A stretch of DNA of 64,000 bases, taken from positions 62,001 through 126,000 of the forward strand of contig CDMY01000289.1 of the NCBI GenBank assembly GCA_001179505.1. The letters run 5' to 3'. This stretch comes from Vitrella brassicaformis CCMP3155. Taxonomy: Eukaryota > Protista > Chromerida. A program made the position numbers and the translations under genes. Positions 1 through 12,189 of the stretch are shown here, one piece after another (positions within the stretch are counted from its first letter, which is position 1; the number at the start of each line of letters is the position of its first letter). The notes under the pieces are model-generated. The model ran no database searches, was not told the origin of the DNA, and saw nothing but the letters and a program-made list of their open reading frames with translations.

Positions 1-619
1 TGTCCAGTCCTGTTGGCCACCATGGGTGTGAGGACGACAAAGTTGCGGGCAGGGATGGAGGCACCAGCCAGGTCCCAATCGTTCAAAGTGTTGTCTGCAC
101 ACACATCGCACACACACACAGACACACACACACACATCAAGATACCACATAGTCCGTCCCATTGTTCACTCACTCACCGAAGTTGAGAGGCGACTCGAAC
201 GAGTGCCTCATCATCTCCAATCTGTCCGTCTTGACGTCCTGCGCTGGCTTCGGAGGCGCCGGGGGAGGCGTCACAGCCGGTGCCGCTGGCGGCGGCTGCT
301 GCTGTTGCTGTGGTGGTGGTTGCTGTGGTTGTCCATAGTGCCCGTACTGCGGCACCTGTCCTCCCACCTGCTGCTGCTGCTGCCCATAAGGCACTCCCTG
401 CCCATACGTCTGGCCGTACTGAGCGTATGGGTTATACTGCTGCTGCTGCCCTGGATTGTGTTGTGGCGGTGCCTGACCATAGCCTTGCTGACCATACTGT
501 GGCGGGATGTTGCCATAGGGCTGCTGGTAGGCGGGGTAGCCGGCGGTGGGCGGCGCCTGGGAGTCCACAAGCGGCCAGAGGAGGACCGGGATGCACCCGA
601 GGAAGGGCGACAGCTTCAT
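1..619 (-). CDS. L-type (legume-like) lectin, ERGIC-53/VIP36 family; 5' part only, runs off the window
   Basis: Signal peptide MKLSPFLGCIPVLLWPLVDS, then a Q/P/G/Y-rich tract. Splicing out intron 95-177 (GT-AG) gives RHSFESPLNFDNTLNDWDLAGASIPARNFVVLTPMVANRTG, which resembles the HSF..P...WD..G......V.LTP....R.G start of the ERGIC-53/VIP36 lectin domain. Confidence 0.75.
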
Positions 620-772
620 GAGCGTTGACTTGAGAGATGAGGCCTCAGACCTGGCATATGCTGCCTAGGCGAAGATCGCTATCAATCAATCACTCCTTAA
701 TGCTTCGTTTTTCTCTGTTGCGTGTTAAGCTCGCAGAAGAATAGCTCGCAATTTCGTCATCGCATTGCAGCC

Positions 773-2333
773 ATGTCGGAGGCGGCCCAGGTGGATGCCA
801 ACGCCAAGGCAAACATCGTGTGCTTCGGACACATTGCCAAGGTGAGAGCATCAAATAGCCACAGGCCATCCATTCATCCATTCAATGACATGACCCATTT
901 CTGTGCATACTGTACAGGCCGTTGACACGATAGAAGGCATCGCCAGGTCGCTCCGCTCCCTTGCCCGGCAGCACAGCACCGGCCTCCGAGATGAGCTCAA
1001 GGCGAAGGGGCTCAGCTGCAAGCCATCGCACACCAGCTGGGAGGCCCTTGTGGCGGCCGTCAAGGGGCAGCCTGTCAACCGCCAGAAAGAGATAGTGGAT
1101 GGGTTGACGGCTGACTTGGCGGCCCTGCTTCTGGCGGTCTGGAGTGCTGTGGGTGTGAAGGAGGAGAATTCGGAGGATGCTGCTGCTGCTGCTCCTGCTG
1201 CTGCTGCTGCTGTTGCTGTGGGGGCTGACAAGTCGTGTGAGTGCGGCGGGTTTGCGGACGACACGTGCGCGGGCGGCGGCTTCCAGATATTCTGTAAGCT
1301 GGTACAACGAATGATGGATGCCGCTTCTGTTGGATGGATGTGTGTGTGTTGTCGTTCGATCATTCAGGCAAGACGCTCACGGGGAAGGTGGACTCATGCC
1401 ACGCACACACAGGTTTGTTTGTACCTCTGCCCGTCCCTGTGTTTCTGTGTGTGTGTGTCAGACGTGCACCCTGAATGTGTGTCCGAAGTGTACGATAGAG
1501 AAGGTCAAGCACAAGATATGGAAGCCCAGCGGGGTGGCGCCAGACCAGCAGAGGCTCATGTGAGTGAGTGAGTGAGTACCCGAACGCACTGGTCGTCACC
1601 GTATAAGCAATGCACACACCACAGCACAGCACAGCCATGCCCTCAGCCACGATTGCGTGTGTGTATGGATGGTGTGGCCACCATCCATTTGTGCAGCTTC
1701 GCCGGCAAGCAGCTGGAGGACAGCAGGACCGTCGGCCAATACAAGATGTTGAAGGAATCCACACTCCACCTCGTTGTGCGCCTGCGGGTAACCTACCGGA
1801 AGAAGCACAACGACCACACTGTGACACACACACGCAGGGGTCGCTATCTCGTTGTGTGACGTGAATGGCCATTCTGTCTCTGTGCAGGGTGGCATGTTTG
1901 CGTCTGTCTCCGGCCGTTTCGGGTTCTCGCCTTCCCTCTACCCCGAGCAGAATATGCCCCTCGGCACCGACCAGGAGGCTGACTACGAGAGGGGACTCGC
2001 CGAAGTCTCCGCACACAAGGAATGGTACACACCAGTCCATGCACTCTCCCCTCCCGCCACACACACATGCAACTGGTCGTTGTCAGGTACGAGTCGCTCT
2101 TGGCCAGTGAGGCGGATTCGATGGCCCCTTCGCTGGCTCATCTGGCGGACAAGGTCGACTCCCTGGAGTCAGCTGTGGCCAAGTTCAAGGCGGGGCACCC
2201 GGTGGTCAAGCGGGAGCCGGCCCCCCTGGCGTGCAAAGAGGTGCTGGGCAAGCGCAAATCGACCACCGCTGGGGCTGGTGCTGGTGGTGGAGCAGCACAC
2301 GAGGGTGGCGGCAAGGCTGCCAAGAAACAGTGA
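773..2333 (+). CDS. Multi-exon protein with an internal ubiquitin-like domain
   Basis: Spliced exons give FQIFCKTLTGK|[33 protein letters not shown]|[30 protein letters not shown]|[12 protein letters not shown], clearly ubiquitin-like, flanked by helical N- and C-terminal regions. ATG at 773, TGA at 2331-2333. Confidence 0.85.
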
Positions 2334-3954
2334 CGATGGAGAGATACGGATGGATGGATGGGGGTGTAATGGGACGGACTGATACGGACGGACAACGTCA
2401 CGACTTTCGTTTCACCGATTGATAATTGCATCCTCCATCACTGGTCCGTCCAACCAACACAAAGAAGTCTCACAAACACAACACAAGACACACAGACATG
2501 TCATGGATGAAAATCCAGAAATGCACCAACCACACCACCAAACGCGCGCACGAGAGGAGGAGAGACGACCCAGGAAAACTGTGCAGGTCTGCATGCCCAG
2601 ATGTGTGTACGAGGTTTCCTCCCCTCCAGGCAGCGATCCTGACGCTCACGGACGGGACGGGACGCACAGACAGACGACACTCACACGCCGCCTCTCTTTG
2701 GGAGGCAGGCTGGTCGCTACAAAGAAAGGAACAACACCAAGAGAGAGAGAGAGAGGCTACACAGCGTGACGCAAAAGCAACACATACAAGAAGGGTACGG
2801 AGAGGGTGATCATCATCATGTTGGCTCGGGGAGCGGAAAATGGCCACGTGTTTCACTCACACATCGCTCAGACGCACCCATGCACTCGGACGGTCCGTCG
2901 TCGCACACAGAGACACACAAACACGATGAATGCTATGCTTGATGGAAAGAATCCCCCTCACCCCCACCCACTCGCCCCCCTCTCCCTCTCTCTTGCCACG
3001 TATTCATGTGTGTGTGTGCGATGGAGATCGATGGCTGACTGACCGCAAGCAAGACCAAAACCGCAGGAACGAGCACACGAAGCTTGAGTACGAGAAGAGA
3101 AATCGACATTGACATTCACCGACACGGACTCACAGGACAAAACCGCCTGTTGTCATCTCACCTCGCCCCGCCCCACGCACACCCCGCATGTACTCAGGCA
3201 TGCACACGAACGGAGAGGAGGAAGGAAGGATGCAGTGTGTGTGGTGTGGTGTGGTGAATCGACAGGCAGGCTGGCAGGCGTGTTAGTTAATCCATTCGCC
3301 CTCCCTGTCACTCGCTGCGACTGCCCCCTGAAAGTTCACAGCATCGGTCCGAGTACTGCATCTTCACGGGGGTGTGAAGACGCAACACTCGGACAGTGGC
3401 AGTGAATGGTCGGTGAGACAGATTCACACGAAAACTGGGAATGGGTCACATCACGTTACGCCGTCATATGCTCCCTCGGCGATTCCTGCCTTCCTTTCTG
3501 TCGCACTCCCCGCACGCCAGCCTCGGCTATCTTCGACGACATCCGCGGCTTCCGTGTGCCAAGTACTACGTAAGGAAGGCAGGCACCGACACGAGAAGAA
3601 CTGATCGTCATTGAACTGATGATGCCAGTATGTGTGCCTGTCTGTCCCCTGGCTGGCTTCCATCCTCCCCTGCATCTCTCCCCCTCTCTCTCTCGCCTCG
3701 CCTCAAATCGACGTGTTTGCACCCCTCACCCACACATCAGTGTGACACCACACTGTCCGCTTCCTTCCATCGACGCTGACGCACCCTTTCCCGACACACA
3801 AGCACACTCGACGGATCGACATCATCCAATCCAGAATGTTCAAAATTCCAGCAAGAGGCCAAAACGGCCCCTTACAAGGCAGACTGACAGACAGGCATGG
3901 ACCCAACGCGCACGCACAGCCGGCTGGCATCATCGCTCATGAGAGGTCTTGTGC

Positions 3955-5816
3955 TCAGACGGTCCCGTTCATGGTCTTCTTCTCGTGGCTTAGGTTCTTG
4001 ACCTGCTCCCACGAGATCTTGATGTCGTCGCGCCCGAAGTGGCCGTACGCCGCCAACGCGCAGAAACCGGGCTTCTGAACACATTAACACAACGGATGGA
4101 TGGACGCCCGCAGGTATGTGTGTGGGGTGTTTGGGGGGGACGGTGGGGGGTGGAGAGGTTGACCTTGAGGTGCAAGTCCCTCTGGAGGCATCCTGGCCTG
4201 AAGTCGAAGTTCTTCTCGACGATCTTGAGGAGGTCCTCGTCGGTGTAGCCAGAGGCCGCGGTGCCGTACGAGTCGACGAACATCGACAGCGGGTGGGCCA
4301 CACCGATAGAGTAAGACACCTGACAGACAGACAGACAGACAGACAGAGACGCACACATCAACGGACGGATGCATGTGTGAATGGATGTGTGTGTGGTGGT
4401 GCTGACATACCTGGACGAGGCACCGCTTGCAGAAGCCACCGGCGACGAGCGACTTGGCGGCCCAGCGGGCGCCGTAAGCCGCTGACCGATCCACCTGATC
4501 AACACGCACACAAGCGACACAACACAAAAGGAGTCAGCAGACGGGAAGACCGGCGTGCAGCCTCCCTCATGTATGTTCGTGTGTGTACCTTGGTGGTGTC
4601 CTTGCCCGAGAAGGCACCGCCGCCATGAGCACCCCAGCCGCCATAGGTGTCAATGATGATCTTGCCTGCACACACACATCAGACAGGACAGCCATGCCGC
4701 CCACACCATCACCCCCTCCCTCCCTCCCTCCCTCCCTCCCTGGTGTGCTCAGCTCACGTCCAGTGAGTCCTGCGTCTCCGTGTGGTCCGCCGATGACGAA
4801 TTTGCCGGAGGGGTTGAGGTGGAAGATGGTGTTGTCGTCCATGAACTTGCCCGGGACGATCGGCTTGATGACGTGCTCCAGCAGGTCCTTGCGCAGCGTC
4901 TCGTTGCTGACCTCGGGGGCGTGCTGCGTCGAGATGACGATCGTGTGCACCCGCTGGGGCACCATGGCGCCGTCGATCTTCTTGTACTCTATCGTCACTT
5001 GGGTCTTTCCGTCGGGGCGGAGATACGGCAGAGTGCCTGGTGGAGGTCAACAAAACAGCAGATCAATGTGCGTCTTGCATGTGTGCGCGTGTGAGTGTGT
5101 GTGTGTGTGTGTGCGTGTGAGTGTGTGGACTGACCGTCCTTCCTGACGTCTGTGAGCCTCTTGCCGAGCTTGGTGGCGAGCGAGTGGGTGAGGGGCATCA
5201 GGTCGGGCGACTCGTCCGAGGCATAGCCGAACATGTGACCCTGATCGCCCGCACCTGAACACACACACACGCGCGGTGCCCATCCCTCCATTCATTCACC
5301 CCTGCAGCGACAGTGTCTGTGTGGTGTCTGGTCGTCTCGGCTGGCTGGCTGACCGATTTCCTCGACGCTCTTGTTGACGTGGACGGCCTGTGCGATCTCG
5401 GGGGACTGCTCCTCGATGGCGACGATGACCTTCATGGTCTTGTAGTCCAGCCCCTTCTGCGGGTCGTCGTACCCGATGTTCTTGCACGTCTGACGCACAA
5501 TCTCCTCGTAGTCAACGTTAGCCTTGGTCGTGATCTCGCCAAACACCATCACCATTCCTGCATATAATCAACACACCACACCACAGGCATCGCATCCCCC
5601 CTGCACAGCGCCCATCTCTGGCCGCATGTGCCTGTGTCCTGACGTACCGGTCTTGGTACATGTCTCGCAGGCGACCTTGGAGTCGGGATCTTGCGCCAGG
5701 CAGGCGTCGAGCACAGCGTCGGACACCTGGTCGCACAGCTTGTCGGGGTGGCCCTCGTTGACCGACTCAGAGGTGAACAGGAAGCAGCCGGGTGCGGGAG
5801 GGCGAGGAGCGGCCAT
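3955..5816 (-). CDS. MAT: S-adenosylmethionine synthetase (methionine adenosyltransferase), canonical MAT type
   Basis: Spliced motifs [96 protein letters not shown] and AAYGHFGR. Confidence 0.98.
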
Positions 5817-5965
5817 CGTGTCACGCTGAGATGGAGATAAGCAATGCAAACACGTCAGATCTCGTGGGGCGCTGGTCTTTCTAAGCTCGCCAGTTGCGAG
5901 CCGAGACAAGGATCGTCCGCGAAGGTGATTGGCTGTGAAACGGAAGCTTGAGAGACAGCGCGTCA

Positions 5966-6700
5966 ATGCGGCCGAGATCTACTGTTTTCATGTCCCGCGT
6001 GACTCTACATGGGCAAAGAGACGACGGCCTTACCTGCGGAGAACGGTGTTGGGTTGGGTTGCACAAAGGTGCCGCCATCCTCAGATTCCTCACCTGGGTC
6101 ATGCTCCCCACTCACCTGATCGGCCTGCTCACTCCTTTTTTGTTCTCCCCCAACCCAAGTTTTTGTGACTTCGAAGCCCTCGGCCAAGTTTGCACCATCG
6201 ACGGCTTTAGTGTCGAGCAGCACGATGTACCGACGGACGGCCGGAGATCCCAGACGACACTTTGCGCAGAGGAGTATAAGTACGTCTTCACCGTCGGCAA
6301 CGGGACGAGGAAATACACCTCGCGAATTGAGCGTCATTCCTGGCCCGGCCGATGCCCCGAAGGATCACTTGGGGTTCTGCAGAAACGCTTGACGTATGAC
6401 GCGGGTCAAACGGTGGACTGCTGGAGGGCAACGTCGGAGTCCAGTTGGGTGTACCAATGCGGCAATCAGCCGCATTGCTTCAAGGTGTTCAACCCTGCGG
6501 AAGAGGCCAAGGTCCCTTGGCGAAGGGGCATCTTGATGGTCTCTTGGGGTATCCGAATAGTGCTTATCTATGTGCTCTGCGCTTGTGGTGCGGTGTGGTC
6601 CGAGCTGAGCCGTGCTGTGCACCATGGACAGAGTAGGCTGTTTGTTTGTCTTACGTACTCCATGGCTTCTCTCCAAGCTGGTAGGGTGCTGTGGAGATAG
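5966..6700 (+). CDS. Intronless putative two-TM membrane protein with a Cys-rich loop
   Basis: About 244 codons with no microsatellite. Two hydrophobic segments ([26 protein letters not shown] and [24 protein letters not shown]) enclose a loop with 7 Cys and an NGT sequon. Confidence 0.6.
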   Translation: MRPRSTVFMSRVTLHGQRDDGLTCGERCWVGLHKGAAILRFLTWVMLPTHLIGLLTPFLFSPNPSFCDFEALGQVCTIDGFSVEQHDVPTDGRRSQTTLCAEEYKYVFTVGNGTRKYTSRIERHSWPGRCPEGSLGVLQKRLTYDAGQTVDCWRATSESSWVYQCGNQPHCFKVFNPAEEAKVPWRRGILMVSWGIRIVLIYVLCACGAVWSELSRAVHHGQSRLFVCLTYSMASLQAGRVLWR

Positions 6701-7242
6701 CAAGCTTGTGTACATAACATAACGCAATCAATCTGTTTGGTGCGATACATACGCGATGGGTGAAGTGAGGTGACTGTCCGTGCTGTGCCGTCTGTTTTGC
6801 TTCCTTCATTCAATGTCCAATCGGTCAGTCGACAAAAACCTGGTTTCTGTTGCATGGTAGACTCACACACCGTCCGTCTCTCAGTTGAATGCATTTAATC
6901 GCCATCACTCTCTGTCCGTCAGCGCCTCCTGTTCGGCAACACGCCGACGCTGACCTGACGATACCACCCACTCATTTCGTTTGGGCACATCAACACGACA
7001 CGCCCTCTCTCAGTGCAGAGCAGCATCATCCATCTCATCTGTATGTACGCAGTCGGTCTCAATGCCGTGACGTCACACACAGCCATCCACTCGCCCACTC
7101 AGACAGACAGAGGCACATACCATACACACGAACGAACAAGTGAGAGAGTATACGGACGACAAAAAACGCATAGACCAAAGAAAGAAAGAAGACGCGTGCA
7201 CACCACACATACGACTAGATGAGATGAGATGACGGTAGGTAC

Positions 7243-9688
7243 TCACATGACATCCACGAGCGACACTGACACGGACGACAGCTCCCCTGACGCTGCCGCT
7301 ACCCTGCCCATTTCCACGTCTTTCGGGGGCGGCTGAAAGTGCTGCTGGTGGTGGTGTTGGTGCGTCTGGACGCTTTTCTCTTTCCTCCACGCGCCGAGCA
7401 TGAGCATACACAGGTGCATGACGCCGTGGTAGCAGCCGCGAGTCAGGTGATACAGACATACAGACGCCTGAAATATATTACCACACACATGACACACATG
7501 TGACACAGCGGCCAGAAGTGTGTCCCGTACCTGGTATAGGAAGAAGAACACTGGTGCGATAAGGCATATTATCACATAGCCCCCTGCACACACACACATT
7601 CATCCATCCATCCATCCATGTGATCACCCACACCCCCTTCCCCTTCCTCTCTCTCTCCTTACAGAAGGTGAACAGCCCGGCCGCCACGAGTGAGAAGGGC
7701 GTGTGGTAGAGCTTCCGCCGGGTGAGGGGCGTCACCGCACGGCAGCAGCCATAGATCGTCAGGGCCACCAGCGGCAGAGAAACCATTGTCAACGCCAGGG
7801 CAGCCGGGCCCAGCACCAGCAGCTGCACACAGATACATACATACCCACACAAAAGATGCACGGGGCAGTCAGGCAGGCAGGCGTGTATGTGTGTGCTGTG
7901 TGGTGTGGTGTGGAGGGCTGACCATGAGAAGGAATCCGCCCCGGTAGAAGAGGGCCTGGAGAGGGCTCCACGGCTCGTCACGGTCGGCCATCTGGCGGGT
8001 GGGACAGCCCAGCACGTTCCACCTGGCGGATTGGATTGATGACAGACAGACAGACAGACACCCACACCACAGACAGACAGACAGACAGACAGAGAGGGAT
8101 TGTGTGCACACGGCACATAGGTGGATGGATGCCCTGTGTGGCCGCCCATGTGTGTGCCCACCCACCATGCATAGTGGAAGGGGAACTGCCCTTCGCCCAC
8201 TTTCCGGCCACAGATCCAACAGAAGCTCACGCCACAGCTGGCAACAAACAATGAATGCACAAGCCCATCTGTCTGTGCGGGTGCGTGTTGTGTGTGTGCG
8301 TCTAGTCTACTTGGTGCAGATCATGTGGTTGCATCCGCCGGCCTTCTCCACTGGCTGCGAGCACCCCGGGCAGGGCTTGCAGGTCGTTGCGATCACCGTC
8401 CGATTGGCGCGCTCCTCGTGACGGTGCAGCCGCTCGTGCGCCGCACACGTCATACCTGCAGCAGACACACACGTGCAAAGGTGGCTGGATGGCCAATGAC
8501 GCGCAGCACACACTGGGTTGGGTACCCTACCTGGGTGAGCGTCAGCGTGGAAGTAGCAGAACCGGTAGCCGCACTTGTCACACGTCATGTCGGCCTGCCG
8601 GCCGCCCGACAGCCGCCAGCCGCCGCCCGAGCTCGACACCAGATGGTCGCACTTCGGGCATGACCTGCACGCCCACACAGACAGACAGACAGGCAGCCAC
8701 ACATCCGTCCATCCGTCCATCCGTCCATCCAGCCAGCCACGTGTCACCGACCTGCATGTGGGTTCCTCTCGGATCCGTTTGTATCTGCGGTACTTTTGCA
8801 CGACGGTGTGGTCCAGGAGCGGCACGAACTCGCTCTCGTCGAGCCGGCTGTTGCACAGACGGACAGGTGCGGGGGCGGAGGGGGGGTCGGGCGGAATGAC
8901 GTGAAAACAGTGGAACGATATCTGCACACAACGATCCGCACACGCGGGCAGACAGACACAATGGATGGATGCGGCTCGTCGGTTGTGCGAGTGCGTGTGT
9001 CTGTCTGACCTGTCCTTCAGCGATGCGGCTGGAGATGTAGTCCTTGAAGCAGCAGACGCAGCACTGGTGGCCGCACTGCAGGGTGTGTGCGCAGTTGGTG
9101 TCCTGGTAGGCCATGCAGATGGGGCAGTAGAAGGTCCGCTCCGTGCACACCAGCACCTCCGAGTGACGCACGCCGTCCAGCGCGTCCACCCAGATCTGAG
9201 GCAGCTCCGTCACTGTCACCATCACACACACCGCACATACATGAATGGATCCACTGCCCGTGCATGGAAATATGCCCTTCTCACCTTTCGGCCATCGTGG
9301 TCGCAACCCAACTGTCCTCCTTCCGCAAAGCGTCCTGACAAGAAACACACACACAAACACACACACACACTCATCCACACTGGCCATCCCTCATACACTG
9401 CACAGCCTCTCACCTGGTGTTGGGGCATGACTCCGACCTTTTGACGGCCTCAACGCAGCTCCTCTCCGCCTCCCTCTGCGCCCTCGCCGCCGCCCCGATC
9501 GCCCCGTCCTCACTCACCGTCTCACTCTCGGGCGGGGTCGGCTCATCCACACCATCGTCCTCATCAGAACAACAGATGGCTGCTCGTCCCAGGACAGTCG
9601 GGGTATCGGCGACGGTCGTGGGCGTGTCATTGTCGTGCCCGTCGGAGGGCAGGGCGGCGTTCGACAGGCCGGTGAGATCTCTCAGCAT
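7243..9688 (-). CDS. RBR (RING-IBR-RING) E3 ubiquitin ligase with C-terminal TM helices
   Basis: RING1 CPICMAYQDTNCAHTLQCGHQCCVCC; IBR CPKCDH...CDKCGYRFCYFHADAHPGMTC; RING2 CPGCSQPVEKAGGCNHMIC...FCWIC; hydrophobic C-terminal exons. Confidence 0.9.
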
Positions 9689-9813
9689 TGGGCCGATTCA
9701 TGCTCGAGGCATCGAATTGTTGCGATACGCTAGGCTGGCAAGTGCGATGAACGATGCGATAGCGGGATTCCGATGCGATTCGTTTTTCTCTCAGCGAGTG
9801 ACAAACCCTGCAC

Positions 9814-9836
9814 AAACCCTTCGGTCTTCAAACCCT
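9814..9836 (+). promoter_or_regulatory. Paired telo-box-like element AAACCCT-N9-AAACCCT in the RBR bidirectional promoter
   Basis: AAACCCTTCGGTCTTCAAACCCT, with a third AAACCCT at 9803-9809. Near-identical copies occur at three other upstream positions. Confidence 0.5.
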
Positions 9837-9932
9837 GGGCATTGCTATGAGCTTGCTGACGTCATCTGCCATCATCTTTCCCCCGGTCTTGACCCGTCTT
9901 CCTCTGCACCTCCATTTTCGGCTTGTCAGCTG

Positions 9933-11391
9933 ATGACGACTGCCATGACCGATGAGCCTCAGCCATGCCCGGTCTGTCTGACGCCCTCCTCAACCTCTCG
10001 CGTGGCCCTGCCGTGCGGCCATGACTGCTGTGTGGACTGCGCCGAGAGATGGTTGCTGGCGACTGTCCAAGGCGCAACGCCCGGACAGCTGAATGACAGG
10101 GGAGCGGTCGATGCTGTGTGTCCGGTGGGAGCGGCAGATGACGGATGCCCAGCGATGGACATCACTGGAGTCATTCACAAGTGCTCTCAGGACGTCAGAA
10201 GCGCCATCAGTATGGGGGGGACGAAAGGGAAACACACACGTATTGCGATCGATGTTGTGGCGACGAGGGCCGAGGACAATCGTGTGGTGTGTGGTGTGTT
10301 GATGCAGGTGCCCGTCTGGTTCGCCTGGCGCTGTGTTCGTGCGACGACGTCGCCGTGTGTCCCTCGTCCTCATGCGACTATGTGGGTTTCGTTTCCCCTG
10401 GCCAGACGAGTGCCACCTGCGGCAAGTGCGGCCGGTCCTTTCCCCTGTCGGCTGGCCCAGAAGGCCTGACGCACCAGGCGCACCACTTGTTCAGCTCACT
10501 CTGGTGAGAGAGAGAAGCAATGAAGGACGATTGTGTGGATTTGACAATAGTATGTGTGTGTGTGTGTGTTTGTATCGTGCGGCTGGCTGCAGGAAGCTGC
10601 TATTCACTCGGCGGTGCCCGAAGTGCAATGCTCATGTCGAGAAGGACGGAGGGTGCCTTCACATGACCTGCGCGAGGTGCCGACATGACTGGTGCTGGGC
10701 CTGCAGCAAACCGTGGTCGCCGGAACACGCCACTCAGTGTGCCTACCCTCTCTCAGCCCCTCTGCTGCAGCTCTCTCTGCCACCCTTCGCCCTCTCGGCA
10801 CTCATGTGGTGCGTCATCCTGGCCACTGGCTGCATCGCAACGCTCTCCTTCCCCGCCATCCGGTTGGTTGTGGTCGGCCTCTGCTTCCATGGCGTGTGCT
10901 TCGAGATGGGCTGCTGGCTGATTCTCTATCTCTGGGACATCATCATCAAGGCGCCCATGGGGCGAGAAGGAAGCCATCAGCATCACCACGTGTCGGCTCA
11001 GAGGTCGATCCGTGTACGGTTTCTACGCGACGGCAGGGTGGTGCTGCGCACGCCGCCGCGGCCGTTTTCCGCTTTGCTGCTGTGCGACAGGCGAAGAGCG
11101 AAGGAGAGGCAACGGATACTCCGCAATCTGCCGTTCGTCGGTGCCGTGATGGTCGTGTGGGTCGCTGCTGGCGTGGTCTTTCCTCTGGTCCGCACCTCCC
11201 TGCTGAGCGTCTTGGTGGTGGTGGTGCTGGGGGGCGGGAAGCGTGTGTGGGTGTGCCTGGTGCAGTGGCGGCAGGTGCGGGAGTATGTGCGGTACTTCGA
11301 GCAGATGGGCATCGATTGCCGAGTGAACAACTCGCTGCACCCGACTGAGCAGGGTGATGCTGCCGTCAAGCACAGGGACCACTACGACTGA
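9933..11391 (+). CDS. RBR E3 ubiquitin ligase with C-terminal TM helices and a degenerate IBR
   Basis: RING1 CPVCLTPSSTSRVALPCGHDCCVDC; IBR-like CPSSSCDY...CGKCGRSF; RING2 CPKCNAHVEKDGGCLHMTCARCRHDWCWAC; several hydrophobic helices follow. Confidence 0.9.
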
Positions 11392-11501
11392 CCGCATTCA
11401 TCCGTTCGTCTGTCTGTGTTGATAGCTATCGTCGTGTTGAGATGAGTGAATGGTTGAATGAATGGTTTTCCTTCAGTGTTGGTGTTGCCCTTCAGGCTTT
11501 T

Positions 11502-12130
11502 TCTTGCTTTGTGCTCGAAGTTGCCGTGGTGGGACGCTGTGTGTGTCATGCTGATCAATGCTCCTGGTTGAGCCGAATAGGCACACAATCAGGCAGAAAG
11601 GTCCATGAAGGCAGACAGACAGGCAGACAGACAGAGGGAAGCCAGACATGAAAGAAAGTAGGCACACCAACACCCACCCACACACATATACACCCTCGCG
11701 AGCAGAGCATCAGATGGACAGCACCGATAAAACGGAGAGCACGCCTTCATTCATTCGTCCATTCATTCATTCATTCATTCATCGGTTCTCACACACATGT
11801 CAGCATCTCGCCAGTCACCGGCCCGTTTGTTTGTCTATCGAGCCGTCGGTCGGCCCATACAGAGGGAGCGACACAAACACGACGCGCACAGCATCACACC
11901 CCGCAACCACCCACGCACAGAAAGAGAGTCAGGGAGAGATACGGAGGCCGCCTCGATGGCAGCCGGCTGGGAAGCCGCCACGAGATAAATGGCTTGCTCT
12001 CTTCTCTTGCTTTGTGCTCAAAGTGACCGTGGTACCGTGGGATGTTGTCTGTCTACGTCATGCTCATCAATGTCTACGCATTGCACCGACAGGCTCACAC
12101 GCAGAATGGTCGATCAAGGCAGACAGGCAA
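11502..12130. repeat. Diverged ~125 bp direct repeat (11502-11625 and 12005-12130) between two convergent genes
   Basis: Shared anchors TCTTGCTTTGTGCTC(G/A)AAG, GTCATGCT(G/C)ATCAATG and AAGGCAGACAG in the same order. Confidence 0.65.
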
Positions 12131-12156
12131 GTCGTTGTTTCAAACGATGGCAGTCA

Positions 12157-12189
<33 letters not shown>

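Noticed and set aside
2933-3115. Signal-peptide-like minus-strand ORF MSMSISLLVLKLRVLVPAVLVLLAV
   Set aside because: No coherent downstream exons could be assembled.
3955-5816. Possible MATX (divergent SAM synthetase paralog)
   Set aside because: The motifs and spacing match canonical MAT and no MATX-type insertions were seen.
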